The notes beneath the pieces were generated by a model, which saw only the letters and a program-made list of their open reading frames with translations, did no database searches and was not told the origin of the DNA. A program made the translations under genes and the position numbers. A DNA stretch of 64,000 nt from Deferribacterales bacterium (GTDB lineage: Bacteria > Chrysiogenota > Deferribacteres > Deferribacterales > Geovibrionaceae): positions 64,001 to 128,000 of the forward strand of contig JBFWMA010000002.1 in NCBI GenBank assembly GCA_050251875.1, given 5' to 3'. Positions 40,484 to 49,483 of this stretch are shown piece by piece; position 1 is the stretch's first letter; each line of letters starts with the position of its first letter.

Positions 40484-41271
40484 TGAGAGAGCTGGACGAA
40501 TATAAGTCTTTTCTGGAAGATATATACAGAGAATACAACAATAAGGAATGGATACACACCGACCCCATAATGTTTCCCCACGGATATGAGGGAAACAGGG
40601 AGTTCATATCCATCACCGCTGCCGTGTTCGCCTATGGCAACGTGAAGGCTATTCAGGGCTTTATACGCTCTTTTCTGGACTATTACGGCACTGACCCTCT
40701 CAGCCTGAAAAAAGAGAGCGGAGAGCTGTATTACCGTTTTCAGAAGAAGCCGGACATAGAATTCTATGCCGATATGATGACACGGATATATGGCGATTTC
40801 GGCTCGATAGAGAATATTTTTGCCGAGAGAGAGACTCTGGAGGAGGCTATCCTCCACTTCGACTCCGTCATCAAACGCTATGCGGAGAAGGCGGACACAG
40901 GGCTCCATTTCCTGTTTCCGAACCCCGTGACATCCGGCTCTAAAAGGCTCCGGATGTTTCTGAGATGGATGATAAGAAAGGACGATGTGGATTTCGGACT
41001 GTGGACAAAATTCAGACCGACAGAGCTGATGATGCCTATCGACACGCACATTCTGCGGTTCGCTCATAATAACGGTATAATAACATCCACAGGCGCCACG
41101 AGAAAAAATCTGGAAACGGTCAGCGGTTTTTTCCGCAGCCTGAATCCCGAAGACCCTGCAAAATATGACTTCGCTCTCACCCGTCTGGGGATAGCCAACG
41201 GATGCAAGTATATGTCCTGTTCGGCGTGTACAGTCTGCCGCAGATGCGGGACTTGTATATTTATAGCATAA
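40480..41271 (+). CDS. TIGR02757 / DUF2400 family protein
   Basis: DPIMFPH, FAYG, KRLRMFLRWMIR, PIDTH and DPAKYDFAL; Cys-rich tail. Confidence 0.88.
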   Translation: MMRELDEYKSFLEDIYREYNNKEWIHTDPIMFPHGYEGNREFISITAAVFAYGNVKAIQGFIRSFLDYYGTDPLSLKKESGELYYRFQKKPDIEFYADMMTRIYGDFGSIENIFAERETLEEAILHFDSVIKRYAEKADTGLHFLFPNPVTSGSKRLRMFLRWMIRKDDVDFGLWTKFRPTELMMPIDTHILRFAHNNGIITSTGATRKNLETVSGFFRSLNPEDPAKYDFALTRLGIANGCKYMSCSACTVCRRCGTCIFIA

Positions 41272-41367
41272 ACCATATATATACATATTAATAAAAAACG
41301 GCTATAGAGATTGACAATCAGCGAAAAATGTATAGTATAAAAGATGAAAGTATTTAGGAGGATTGCT

Positions 41368-41685
41368 ATGGCAGCAGAACTTAATGAAGGCAGTTTTCAG
41401 AATGAAGTACTCGAGTGCAGCATGCCCGTTCTTGTAGATTTTTGGGCTGTTTGGTGCGGACCTTGCAGAATGCTTACTCCCACTATAGAGTCACTTGCTT
41501 CAGAATACGCAGGTAAAGTAAAAGTAGGAAAAGTTAACGTTGATGAAAATCAGCAGCTCGCCGCAAAATACGGCATCATGAGCATACCTACTGTTATGGT
41601 TTTCAAAGATGGTAAAGTAGTAGAGCAGTTTATCGGCGTTCAGCCTAAAGGCGTTTATGAGGACGCTCTGAAAAAATATATCTAA
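41368..41685 (+). CDS. trxA: Thioredoxin
   Basis: WCGPC and SIPT motifs; AGGAGG RBS before the ATG at 41368. Confidence 0.97.
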   Translation: MAAELNEGSFQNEVLECSMPVLVDFWAVWCGPCRMLTPTIESLASEYAGKVKVGKVNVDENQQLAAKYGIMSIPTVMVFKDGKVVEQFIGVQPKGVYEDALKKYI

Positions 41686-41694
41686 GAGTATCTT

Positions 41695-41886
41695 ATGCCG
41701 ATATACGAATATAAGTGCAACGAATGCGGCAACGTATTTTCCAAACTTGTGTTCAGTCAATCCGCAAAGATTGAATGTCCGGGATGTTCTTCAGATAATG
41801 TGGATAAGCTAATATCCGCAATCAGTTCCAGTTCCGGTGGTTCGGGCGGTCCGTCAGGCGGATGCGGCTCATCCGGATTTTCCTGA
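41695..41886 (+). CDS. FmdB-family zinc-ribbon protein
   Basis: MPIYEYKCxxC...CPGC with a Gly/Ser-rich tail ending CGSSGFS then TGA. Confidence 0.9.
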   Translation: MPIYEYKCNECGNVFSKLVFSQSAKIECPGCSSDNVDKLISAISSSSGGSGGPSGGCGSSGFS

Positions 41887-41925
41887 GGCTGACGCATAAA
41901 GTGTCGGTCGATGCTATGAATATTA

Positions 41926-41948
41926 AGGCAGCCTTGGCTGCCTTTTTG
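41926..41948 (+). terminator. Rho-independent terminator
   Basis: aaggcagcc-tt-ggctgccttttt hairpin with T tract. Confidence 0.75.
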
Positions 41949-41954
41949 TTTTTA

Positions 41955-41968
41955 TTGATCTGTGTCAA
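41955..41968. promoter_or_regulatory. Candidate FNR/CRP-family site upstream of feoA
   Basis: TTGAT-CTGT-GTCAA matches 9 of 10 positions of TTGAT-N4-ATCAA. Confidence 0.45.
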
Positions 41969-41997
41969 TGTCATATTCCATAGATGTCAGTATCTTT

Positions 41998-42105
41998 AAT
42001 TGAGAATGAATATCATTTTCTATTGACACCGCCTGCTGATAATGATATTCAATACCTGCTAAAAATGATTTTATTAATACTGTGATATTGATAATTGATT
42101 TCAGT
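41998..42105. promoter_or_regulatory. Three candidate Fur boxes at the feo promoter
   Basis: aattgagaatgaatatcatt (41998), tgataatgatattcaa (42037) and ttgataattgatttcagt (42088), around a TTGACA at 42023. Confidence 0.75.
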
Positions 42106-42167
42106 TTTAATATGCGCTATTTTAATCCCAGACGGTTTTCGGATTAAAATGGCTTAAGGAGTACCAG

Positions 42168-42401
42168 ATGTCTATGTCTATGAGAAAGATGCAGATGAAC
42201 CAGAAGGGACGCATTGTCTCTGTGAAATGCGAGGGCGAGCTGCGCCAGCGCATCAACGATATGGGGCTCACCCCCGGCGCCGAGTTCAAGATTATCGGCA
42301 GGGCGCCTCTGAAAGACCCGGTCGCTCTGAAGATCAGGGGCTTTACCGTTACGCTCAGAAATAATGAGGCGGATCATATCGATGTGGAGGTTATTGATTA
42401 A
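42168..42401 (+). CDS. feoA: Ferrous iron transport protein A
   Basis: RINDMGLTPG, APLKDP and LRNNEA. Confidence 0.95.
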   Translation: MSMSMRKMQMNQKGRIVSVKCEGELRQRINDMGLTPGAEFKIIGRAPLKDPVALKIRGFTVTLRNNEADHIDVEVID

Positions 42402-44593
42402 TGAAAACTGTAGCCATTGCCGGAAACCCGAACTGCGGTAAAACATCTCTTTTCAACAATATCACAGGGGCGAACTATCATGTTGCGAACTACCCTGGTG
42501 TTACTGTGGAAAAGAAAGAAGCGAAAGTAGTCCACAAAGGTCAGGAATTCAATGTAGTCGACCTCCCGGGGACTTACAGCCTCAGCCCTTATTCTCTGGA
42601 GGAAGTAGTCGCCAGAGATTTTGTGGTTCAGGAGAAACCGGATGTCATTGTAGACGTTCTGGACGCCTCCAACCTTGAGAGAAACATGTATATGCTGGTT
42701 CAGTTTATGGAGATGGGCGCACCCGTGCTCATAGCGCTGAACATGGTGGATGTCGCTAAAAAACGCAGCATCACAATAGATATTCCCGCTCTGTCTGAAA
42801 AGCTGGGCGTGAAGATAGTAGAGACTGTCGCCAGAGAAAACAAAGGAACAGACGGACTGATGGACGCTGTGGCGGAATTTTCTCCCGCTGACGGTCAGGC
42901 TGAGAGTTTCAGCATATCTTATGGACCCGATATAGACGAAGTGCTGATAGAGATGGAAGCGCTGGTTAAAGAGAAATCTTTTCTGACAGATATATATCTG
43001 CCCAGATGGACAGCGCTGAAATATCTGGAGCATGATGAGATAGTAATGAAAAAAGGCGAACTGGCGGGAGGCATCCACGAACAGCTCGTTGGATTCACCG
43101 ACAGGCTGAACGCCCACCTTAAATCCACACAGAGCACCACCGCAGAGAACCTGATAGCCGACTACCGCTACGGATACATCAGCTCAGTTCTGAAATCTGT
43201 TGTGAAGACGGCGGATTCTCCTCTGGACAGGCTTTATCTCAGCGACCGTATAGATCAGGTGCTTACGCATAAAATGCTCGGACCTGTTCTGATGCTCGCT
43301 TTTCTTTACGGAATATACGAGTTCACCTTCTGGGCGAGCGAATATCCTGTCGGCTGGCTGGAAACATTCTTCGGCTGGCTGGGCGGCGTTGCCGAGGCGA
43401 ATATGGCAGAGGGACTGCTGAAATCCCTTGTGATCTCCGGTATCATAGACGGAGTGGGCGGGGTTCTGGGCTTTGCGCCGCTGATCCTTTTTATGTTCTT
43501 TGCCATCGCTTTTCTTGAGGATTCAGGATACATGGCGAGAACAGCCTATATGCTGGACAGGGTATTCAGGATATTCGGGCTTCAGGGCAACTCGGTAGTG
43601 GCTTATATAGTTTCCGGCGGTATAGCCGGCGGATGCGCCGTTCCCGGTGTTATGGCGGCAAGAACCATCAAGGGCGAAAAAGAGAGACTTATAACTATTC
43701 TCACCGCTCCTTTCATGCCTTGCGGCGCTAAACTGCCTATTTACGCTCTTCTTATAGACGCGTTTTTTCAGACAAACAAAAGCGGCATCATGCTGGGCAT
43801 CACTGTTGTGAGCTGGCTGTTGGCGCTTATTATAGCCAGAATTCTGGGCACGTTCTTTGTAAAAGAAGACGCTTCCGCTTTCGTAATGGAGCTCCCTCCC
43901 TATAGAATGCCCACGCTGAAAGGTCTCACTATTCACGCTTGGGAGAGATGCTGGATGTACGTCAGAAAAGCCGGTACGGTTATTCTGGCTATCTCCATAC
44001 TCCTGTGGGTTCTGATGACGTTCCCTGGACTCAGCGATGAAAAAGTGAAATCTTTTGAACAGCAGAGAGAAACCGTAACATCTCAGTATGACGCTTCTGT
44101 GGTGGAAGAGGGCGACAGTGACGCGGAAGAGGTTTCCGAGCAGGCTCAGGCATATAGAGACGCTATGATGGCTGTGGACTCTGAAGAGGCCGGAGCATCG
44201 CTTTCCGGTTCTGTTGCCGGAGTTATCGGTCACACTTTCGAGCCTCTGACAAAGTTCGCCGGATTCGACTGGAGAGCCAACATCGCTCTGCTGGGCGGTA
44301 TAGCGGCTAAAGAGGTTCTGGTGTCCACTCTGGGTACCGCTTATTCTCTGGGCGAGGTGGATCCCGAGGATTCATCCACACTGTCCGAACAGCTTGTGGC
44401 GTCCGGATGGACAATGGCAAACGCTCTGTCTCTGCTGGTGTTTGTACTTCTCTATGCGCCGTGTTTCGTCACAGTGGTAGCTATCAGAAAAGAGACAGGC
44501 TCATGGAAATGGGCTTCCTTTACAGTATTCGGCTACACCGCTGTGGCTTTTGTGGCGGCTGTGGCTGTTTATCAGGCGGCCTTGTTGTTCTAG
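42401..44593 (+). CDS. feoB: Ferrous iron transporter B
   Basis: GNPNCGKT, NYPGVTVE, DLPGTYSL, NMVD and membrane gate motifs. Confidence 0.97.
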   Translation: MKTVAIAGNPNCGKTSLFNNITGANYHVANYPGVTVEKKEAKVVHKGQEFNVVDLPGTYSLSPYSLEEVVARDFVVQEKPDVIVDVLDASNLERNMYMLVQFMEMGAPVLIALNMVDVAKKRSITIDIPALSEKLGVKIVETVARENKGTDGLMDAVAEFSPADGQAESFSISYGPDIDEVLIEMEALVKEKSFLTDIYLPRWTALKYLEHDEIVMKKGELAGGIHEQLVGFTDRLNAHLKSTQSTTAENLIADYRYGYISSVLKSVVKTADSPLDRLYLSDRIDQVLTHKMLGPVLMLAFLYGIYEFTFWASEYPVGWLETFFGWLGGVAEANMAEGLLKSLVISGIIDGVGGVLGFAPLILFMFFAIAFLEDSGYMARTAYMLDRVFRIFGLQGNSVVAYIVSGGIAGGCAVPGVMAARTIKGEKERLITILTAPFMPCGAKLPIYALLIDAFFQTNKSGIMLGITVVSWLLALIIARILGTFFVKEDASAFVMELPPYRMPTLKGLTIHAWERCWMYVRKAGTVILAISILLWVLMTFPGLSDEKVKSFEQQRETVTSQYDASVVEEGDSDAEEVSEQAQAYRDAMMAVDSEEAGASLSGSVAGVIGHTFEPLTKFAGFDWRANIALLGGIAAKEVLVSTLGTAYSLGEVDPEDSSTLSEQLVASGWTMANALSLLVFVLLYAPCFVTVVAIRKETGSWKWASFTVFGYTAVAFVAAVAVYQAALLF

Positions 44594-44602
44594 GAGGTGT
44601 TT

Positions 44603-44758
44603 ATGATCTCTAACATAATTATGGCGCTGATAGTCGGCTGGGCGCTGGTTTACTCTGCGGTGAAAGTCCGGGAGTTCTTTGCCCAGGCGAAGTCAGGAAA
44701 AAACATGCAGTGTTCCTGTGCGGGCTGTCCCGGCGGGTGCAAAACAATAAGAAAATAA
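44603..44758 (+). CDS. FeoB-associated Cys-rich small membrane protein (51 aa, absent from the ORF track)
   Basis: AGGAGG RBS; MISNIIMALIVGWALVYSAVKVREFFAQAKSGKNMQCSCAGCPGGCKTIRK; followed by a terminator. Confidence 0.85.
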   Translation: MISNIIMALIVGWALVYSAVKVREFFAQAKSGKNMQCSCAGCPGGCKTIRK

Positions 44759-44783
44759 AAAAGGGGCTTTAAGCCCCTTTTTT
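44759..44783 (+). terminator. Rho-independent terminator of the feo operon
   Basis: aaaaggggctt-t-aagcccctttttt hairpin with T tract. Confidence 0.8.
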
Positions 44784-44968
44784 AAAGAAAAGTTCAAATC
44801 TTAAATATTTCTTAAATTGCTTATTTCTCTATTTTTAAATCACTGATAAATAATGTTAAAATCTGACATATTAAATGGGTTGAAAAGATTCTTACGATAT
44901 GTTTTGATTATATGTCGTCAATACACCATTTTTGGTAGTTTAAAAATAACGGAATAGGGGGTATTAAT

Positions 44969-45118
44969 ATGGCAGCTAAAACTTCACCAAAACTAAAAGT
45001 TTTTGCAAAAGTCATACACGGTGCAAACCGTGTCCCGCAATTGGCCGTTGACGGCAACATTTTTCCGGGCTTTGCCGCCAACGGCATTTTTTATGCCTTT
45101 ATAGGTCAAAATGTATAA
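44969..45118 (+). other. Structured leader / 49-codon upstream ORF overlapping the luxR start
   Basis: AGGGGG RBS then ATG at 44969 and TAA at 45116-45118. GCAA-tetraloop hairpin at 45016-45033. Terminator-like hairpin at 45044-45092. Confidence 0.45.
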
Positions 45119-45824
45119 TCTGAAAAGAAAAGAACTTCTGAACCTGATAAACTATTTCGAGAAACTAATTAACATCCGCTCCTATTCACGCTTTTGCGAA
45201 GCGATGATGGACATTAAGGGTCTGTTTCCTTTCGAGTTTGTCCATGTGGGCTCGGTCTCTTTTTCTGAAGACTGGTCTGCTCAGACTTTTTACACCAATG
45301 TATCTATAATGAACAACTGGTCTCTTTTTAAATATACCGCCTACAGCGAGGGCGATCCGGTGTGCAACATGGTTTCCGCCGGAAAAGGTCTCGTGTGGTG
45401 GGAACAGGTTCCAGATGTTATCAACGATATGGTTAACGGAATGGCTGGGGATTTTATGAGCGGATATACCTGCTCCAGAGTCTCTTCTGATAAAAGTAAG
45501 ACTGCGCTGATATCTTTCGGCGGGTCTCAGTTTGTTCAGACAGAGAGAACCGAACAGATAATCAAGCTCCTGTGTCCGCACGTCTCCGAGGCTTTTTTCA
45601 AGCTGTACGACATGAAGGATACCGCTCTGGAGATTCTCAGCGAAAAGGAGCTGAGAGTTCTCAGATGGCTGAAATCAGGCAAAACATCATGGGAGATATC
45701 CACGATCCTTGAGATTAGCGAAAATACCGTCAATTTTCATATCAAGAATATAAAGAGAAAGCTGAACGCTTCCAACAGACAGCACGCCGTGGCTATCGCC
45801 CTGGCGCATAATCTTATAACCTGA
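45111..45824 (+). CDS. LuxR-family regulator with autoinducer-binding domain (no adjacent luxI)
   Basis: W...Y...DPV ligand-pocket residues; HTH motif LSEKE...GKTSWEIS..L.ISENTVNFH. Confidence 0.9.
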   Translation: MYNLKRKELLNLINYFEKLINIRSYSRFCEAMMDIKGLFPFEFVHVGSVSFSEDWSAQTFYTNVSIMNNWSLFKYTAYSEGDPVCNMVSAGKGLVWWEQVPDVINDMVNGMAGDFMSGYTCSRVSSDKSKTALISFGGSQFVQTERTEQIIKLLCPHVSEAFFKLYDMKDTALEILSEKELRVLRWLKSGKTSWEISTILEISENTVNFHIKNIKRKLNASNRQHAVAIALAHNLIT

Positions 45825-46974
45825 TCTGCTCTGTGACGTTTCCGTCATAAACGCATATTCTGTTTCTGCCTGCCTGCTTGGCGTTGTAAAGGGCGGAGTC
45901 TGTTTTTCTGAATGTGTTATTCACAGTTGTATTCATCGGCGGAACACCGCAGTAAAGCCCCACAGAAATGGTTACATGGGATGATATTTCGCTGGCGGAG
46001 TGCTCTATCTTCAGATCTTCCACTGCTTTTCTGATTTTTTCCAGCAGATTGAATGACTGCTCAGGGCTCATGTCCATTGTTATGACGGCGAACTCTTCAC
46101 CGCCTATCCGGCAGGCATAGTCGCCGGCTCTGTTCAGGTGTTTTTTAAGCGTGAGCGCCACACGGCGCAGAACCTTGTCGCCTTTCAGGTGACCGTAAGT
46201 GTCGTTATAGTTTTTGAAAAAGTCGATGTCTATTACAGCGAGCGTTATATCTGTGCCGTTTCTCTGAGCACGTCTCAGCTCGAAATCGAACATTCTGTTA
46301 AAATATCTTTTGTTATAAAGGCTGGTCAGCTCGTCTGTGATAGTCAGGTCTTCGACACGTTTCTTGTCTGTGATGTCTGTTCTGATGGCGGCGAAGCCTA
46401 TGATATTGTTTTTGCTGTCATATTTCGGCAGAACAGCTGCGTCTACCCAGTAGTAGGTGCCGTCTTTTTTCATATTCTTGATTTCGCCGTTCCATGTCCC
46501 GCCTTTCTGTATGGTTTTCCACATTTCCCTGAACGCTTCCGGTGGCATATCAGGGTGACGTACAATGTTGTGCGGCGCCCCTATCAGCTCGTCTCTGCTG
46601 TATTGGCTGATGTCGCAGAAAGCGGAGCTCGCCTTGGTTATGAAACCTTTGGTATCCGTCTCGGAGTATATGATGTACTTGTCGATGATGTCGTGGGTGT
46701 AGGTCAGCTCACCCAGAGCGTGGTTCAGCGATTCCTGATATTTTTTCACTCTGTTGGCGTACATCTTGAAACTGATATTCACTATGAAAACCGTTGTGAT
46801 TATGAACACCAGTCCGGATATAATCTCCAAAATTGTGTCTGTTGACGGGTGTTTATGGTGAATATTGTATATCAGCAGATACTTAACAGAAGTGAACAAA
46901 GCCAGAAGCGCAGCCAGAGTAACGGAAAGCCTGAATAATGTGCGGTTTTTTATGCTGTCTTGTGTATTTTGCAT
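45814..46974 (-). CDS. Membrane PAS-GGDEF diguanylate cyclase
   Basis: Two TM segments, Aer-like PAS (HNIVRHPDMP), RAGD I-site and RIGGEEF. Confidence 0.92.
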   Translation of the reverse strand: MQNTQDSIKNRTLFRLSVTLAALLALFTSVKYLLIYNIHHKHPSTDTILEIISGLVFIITTVFIVNISFKMYANRVKKYQESLNHALGELTYTHDIIDKYIIYSETDTKGFITKASSAFCDISQYSRDELIGAPHNIVRHPDMPPEAFREMWKTIQKGGTWNGEIKNMKKDGTYYWVDAAVLPKYDSKNNIIGFAAIRTDITDKKRVEDLTITDELTSLYNKRYFNRMFDFELRRAQRNGTDITLAVIDIDFFKNYNDTYGHLKGDKVLRRVALTLKKHLNRAGDYACRIGGEEFAVITMDMSPEQSFNLLEKIRKAVEDLKIEHSASEISSHVTISVGLYCGVPPMNTTVNNTFRKTDSALYNAKQAGRNRICVYDGNVTEQIRL

Positions 46975-47096
46975 ACCTGTATTTTACCACACAATGTATG
47001 ATAAATCAACATTAAAAGATAAGTTTGGTCTTATTATGAAGCCAAAAAAAAGCCGGAGATTAATCCGGCTTTCTGTATCAATATTCCGTCAGGAAA

Positions 47097-47411
47097 TTAA
47101 TATCTTTTAGCGCCGTAACCGCCGCCTCTTGTATTGCCTCTGTTAAAGCCGCCTCTGTTGCCGCCTTCTTCGCGGGGTTTAGCTTCGTTAACAGTGATGT
47201 TTCTGCCGCCGAATTCAGCGCCGTTAAGCTCTTCGATAGCTGCTTTAGCTTCGTTGTCGCTTGACATTTCTACGAAACCGAAGCCTTTTGAGCGTCCTGT
47301 TTCTCTGTCTGTGATGATGCGAGCTGAATCAACGCCGCCAAGGTTGTTGAAAAGAGCGAAAAGATCGTCTTCTGTTGTGGAATAGCTAAGATTTCCTACA
47401 TAAATGTTCAT
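47097..47411 (-). CDS. RRM RNA-binding protein with Gly/Arg tail
   Basis: RNP2 IYVGNL and RNP1 KGFGFVEM. Confidence 0.95.
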   Translation of the reverse strand: MNIYVGNLSYSTTEDDLFALFNNLGGVDSARIITDRETGRSKGFGFVEMSSDNEAKAAIEELNGAEFGGRNITVNEAKPREEGGNRGGFNRGNTRGGGYGAKRY

Positions 47412-47729
47412 AATGAATCCTCATAAAATTATTTTGTCAAAACATACTCGGGAAAAACGGTGCGCAATGGACAGGATAATTAAACAGGATATGCGGAACG
47501 TATGAACAATTTTGCGGGGTATCTTTGAAATTCATAGACAACAGCAGGAAACTGATCAGGTTCTGGTTCAAAATCCGGGGTCAATTTGCTAACAACCTAA
47601 ACCGACATATCGGTCTGACATAGCTAACTATACAGTATAAAAATTAAATAGCAATAGAAAAGATTGAAATAAATAAAAAAAGCGGGTCATGGGACCCGCT
47701 TTATGTTCAGCTTTGATAAATTTAAAAGA

Positions 47730-48032
47730 TTAATATCTTCTGTTTCCGCCGCCGAAACCGCCGCCTCTGGGGGCTCTGGGACCTTTGTCCTCTTTCGGTT
47801 TAGCTTCGTTAACAGTGATGTTTCTGCTGCCGAACTCTGTGCCGTTGAATTTTTCAATTGCGGCTTTTGCCTCTTCATCGTTAGGCATTTCTACGAAACC
47901 GAAGCCTTTTGAGCGTCCTGTTTCTCTGTCTTTGATGATGCGGGCAGAGTCAACTGCGCCCATGCCTGAGAAAAGATCAACGAGATCTTCCTCTTTTGTC
48001 TGATAGCTGATGTTTCCTACATAAATGTTCAT
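47730..48032 (-). CDS. RRM RNA-binding protein (paralog)
   Basis: IYVGNI and KGFGFVEM. Start set at MNIYV (48032). Confidence 0.95.
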   Translation of the reverse strand: MNIYVGNISYQTKEEDLVDLFSGMGAVDSARIIKDRETGRSKGFGFVEMPNDEEAKAAIEKFNGTEFGSRNITVNEAKPKEDKGPRAPRGGGFGGGNRRY

Positions 48033-48229
48033 ATACAACCCTTTGACCCAATCGGTCAGATAATGTGATTGGATAGCATAGCTAAATCTGTACACAAATC
48101 AAGAGAAATTTTAAGGCAATAGCGGTTTTCAGATAAAAAAACGCATTTTCACATCTTTAACATTGAAATTTAGTTCTTAGCTGTTAATGTAGAATCTCAT
48201 CAGGGATATACTCCCGTCAGGAGAATCAG

Positions 48230-49300
48230 ATGTCTGAAAAGATTTGGGAACTTAAATGGATGGCGTGGGAAATCACTTCCAAGTGCAATCTGAAGTGTGT
48301 TCACTGCCGTTCCGCCTCGGGGATTCATTCCGCTGTGGGCGATTTCACACTGGATAAAGCGAGAAAATTTATAGATGACCTCACAGAGTGGGCGAGCCCC
48401 GTTGTGGTTCTCACAGGAGGCGAGCCTCTGATGCGTGAGGATGTTTTCGACATAGCGTCTTACGGCACGTCAAAGGGTCTGCGCATGGCTATGGCTACAA
48501 ACGGCACTCTGGTGAACGATGAGGTCTGCGAGAAGATGAAAGCGTCCGGCATCCGCATAGTGTCTCTGAGTCTGGACGGATCGACTCCGGCTGTGCATGA
48601 CGATTTCCGCCAGCAGGAAGGGTCTTTTCAGGCTGTTATGGACGCCGCCGCTTATTTCCGCAAGCACGGGATAAAGTTCATAATCAACTCTTCATTCGCC
48701 AAACGCAACCAGCACGATATCGTAAACACATATAAACTGGCGAAATCTCTTCAGCCCACCGCATGGTACATGTTTCTGATAGTGCCCACGGGCAGGGGAG
48801 AGGAGCTGATGAAAGAGCTCATCAGCAAAGAGGATTATGAGGACATTCTTAACTGGCACTATGACATGGAGAGAGAGGAGGAGGATATTCTCGTCCGTCC
48901 TACCTGCGCTCCGCAATACTATAGAATATGGCACGAGAGAAGCAAGGCGGAGGGGCTGGACAAAGACCGCAGAAGCCTCACATTCGGCACCGGCGGCGGC
49001 AAGGGATGTATCGCCGGACAGTCTATAGCTCTGGTTAATTCCAAAGGCGATGTTCTGCCCTGCTCATACTTCCCGGTGAACGCCGGAAACGTGTTCGAGA
49101 CCTCTTTCAAAGACATCTGGGACAATGCCAAGCTGATGAAAGATATGCGCAGTTTCAAGGACTATGAAGGAAAATGCGGCGTCTGCAAACACTTAGGCGT
49201 TTGCGGCGGATGCCGTGCCAGGTCATACGCCGTCACCGGCGACTATATGGCGGAGGAGCCTTTCTGCGATTATGTGCCCTCTAATTACCACTGTAAATAA
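48230..49300 (+). CDS. Radical SAM/SPASM protein, AhbD/NirJ-like heme-biosynthesis family
   Basis: [24 protein letters not shown] and SPASM GCIAG...PC...CGVC...CGGCRAR...C. Confidence 0.8.
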   Translation: MSEKIWELKWMAWEITSKCNLKCVHCRSASGIHSAVGDFTLDKARKFIDDLTEWASPVVVLTGGEPLMREDVFDIASYGTSKGLRMAMATNGTLVNDEVCEKMKASGIRIVSLSLDGSTPAVHDDFRQQEGSFQAVMDAAAYFRKHGIKFIINSSFAKRNQHDIVNTYKLAKSLQPTAWYMFLIVPTGRGEELMKELISKEDYEDILNWHYDMEREEEDILVRPTCAPQYYRIWHERSKAEGLDKDRRSLTFGTGGGKGCIAGQSIALVNSKGDVLPCSYFPVNAGNVFETSFKDIWDNAKLMKDMRSFKDYEGKCGVCKHLGVCGGCRARSYAVTGDYMAEEPFCDYVPSNYHCK

Positions 49301-49483
49301 AAGATAAAAAAAGCCTTAATCAAAATAATTCCGCGGGTGTTTTAAAAATTGAAAAACACCCGCAAACCCTCTTCTGTTAATAATTTCAGCACAAGTTATA
49401 TTCCAATATACGGATAATCAACATTTAGCGCCTTGACATCATACAAATTATGTTTTAAAATCCGGAAGACTTAGGGGAGTCAT

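Noticed and set aside
44921..44940. Canonical lux box
   Set aside because: Only a short ACCA/TGGT palindrome core is present; too weak to list as a feature.
45010..45095. c-di-GMP-I (GEMM) or other named riboswitch before luxR
   Set aside because: A GNRA hairpin and terminator are present, but I could not match the conserved GEMM elements; kept only as an unnamed structured leader.
49333..49363. gcgggtgtttt...aaaaacacccgc hairpin as another REP-arm copy
   Set aside because: It shares only about 10 nt with the 20.27-kb arm and has no GTAG end; more simply a terminator-like hairpin after the radical SAM gene.
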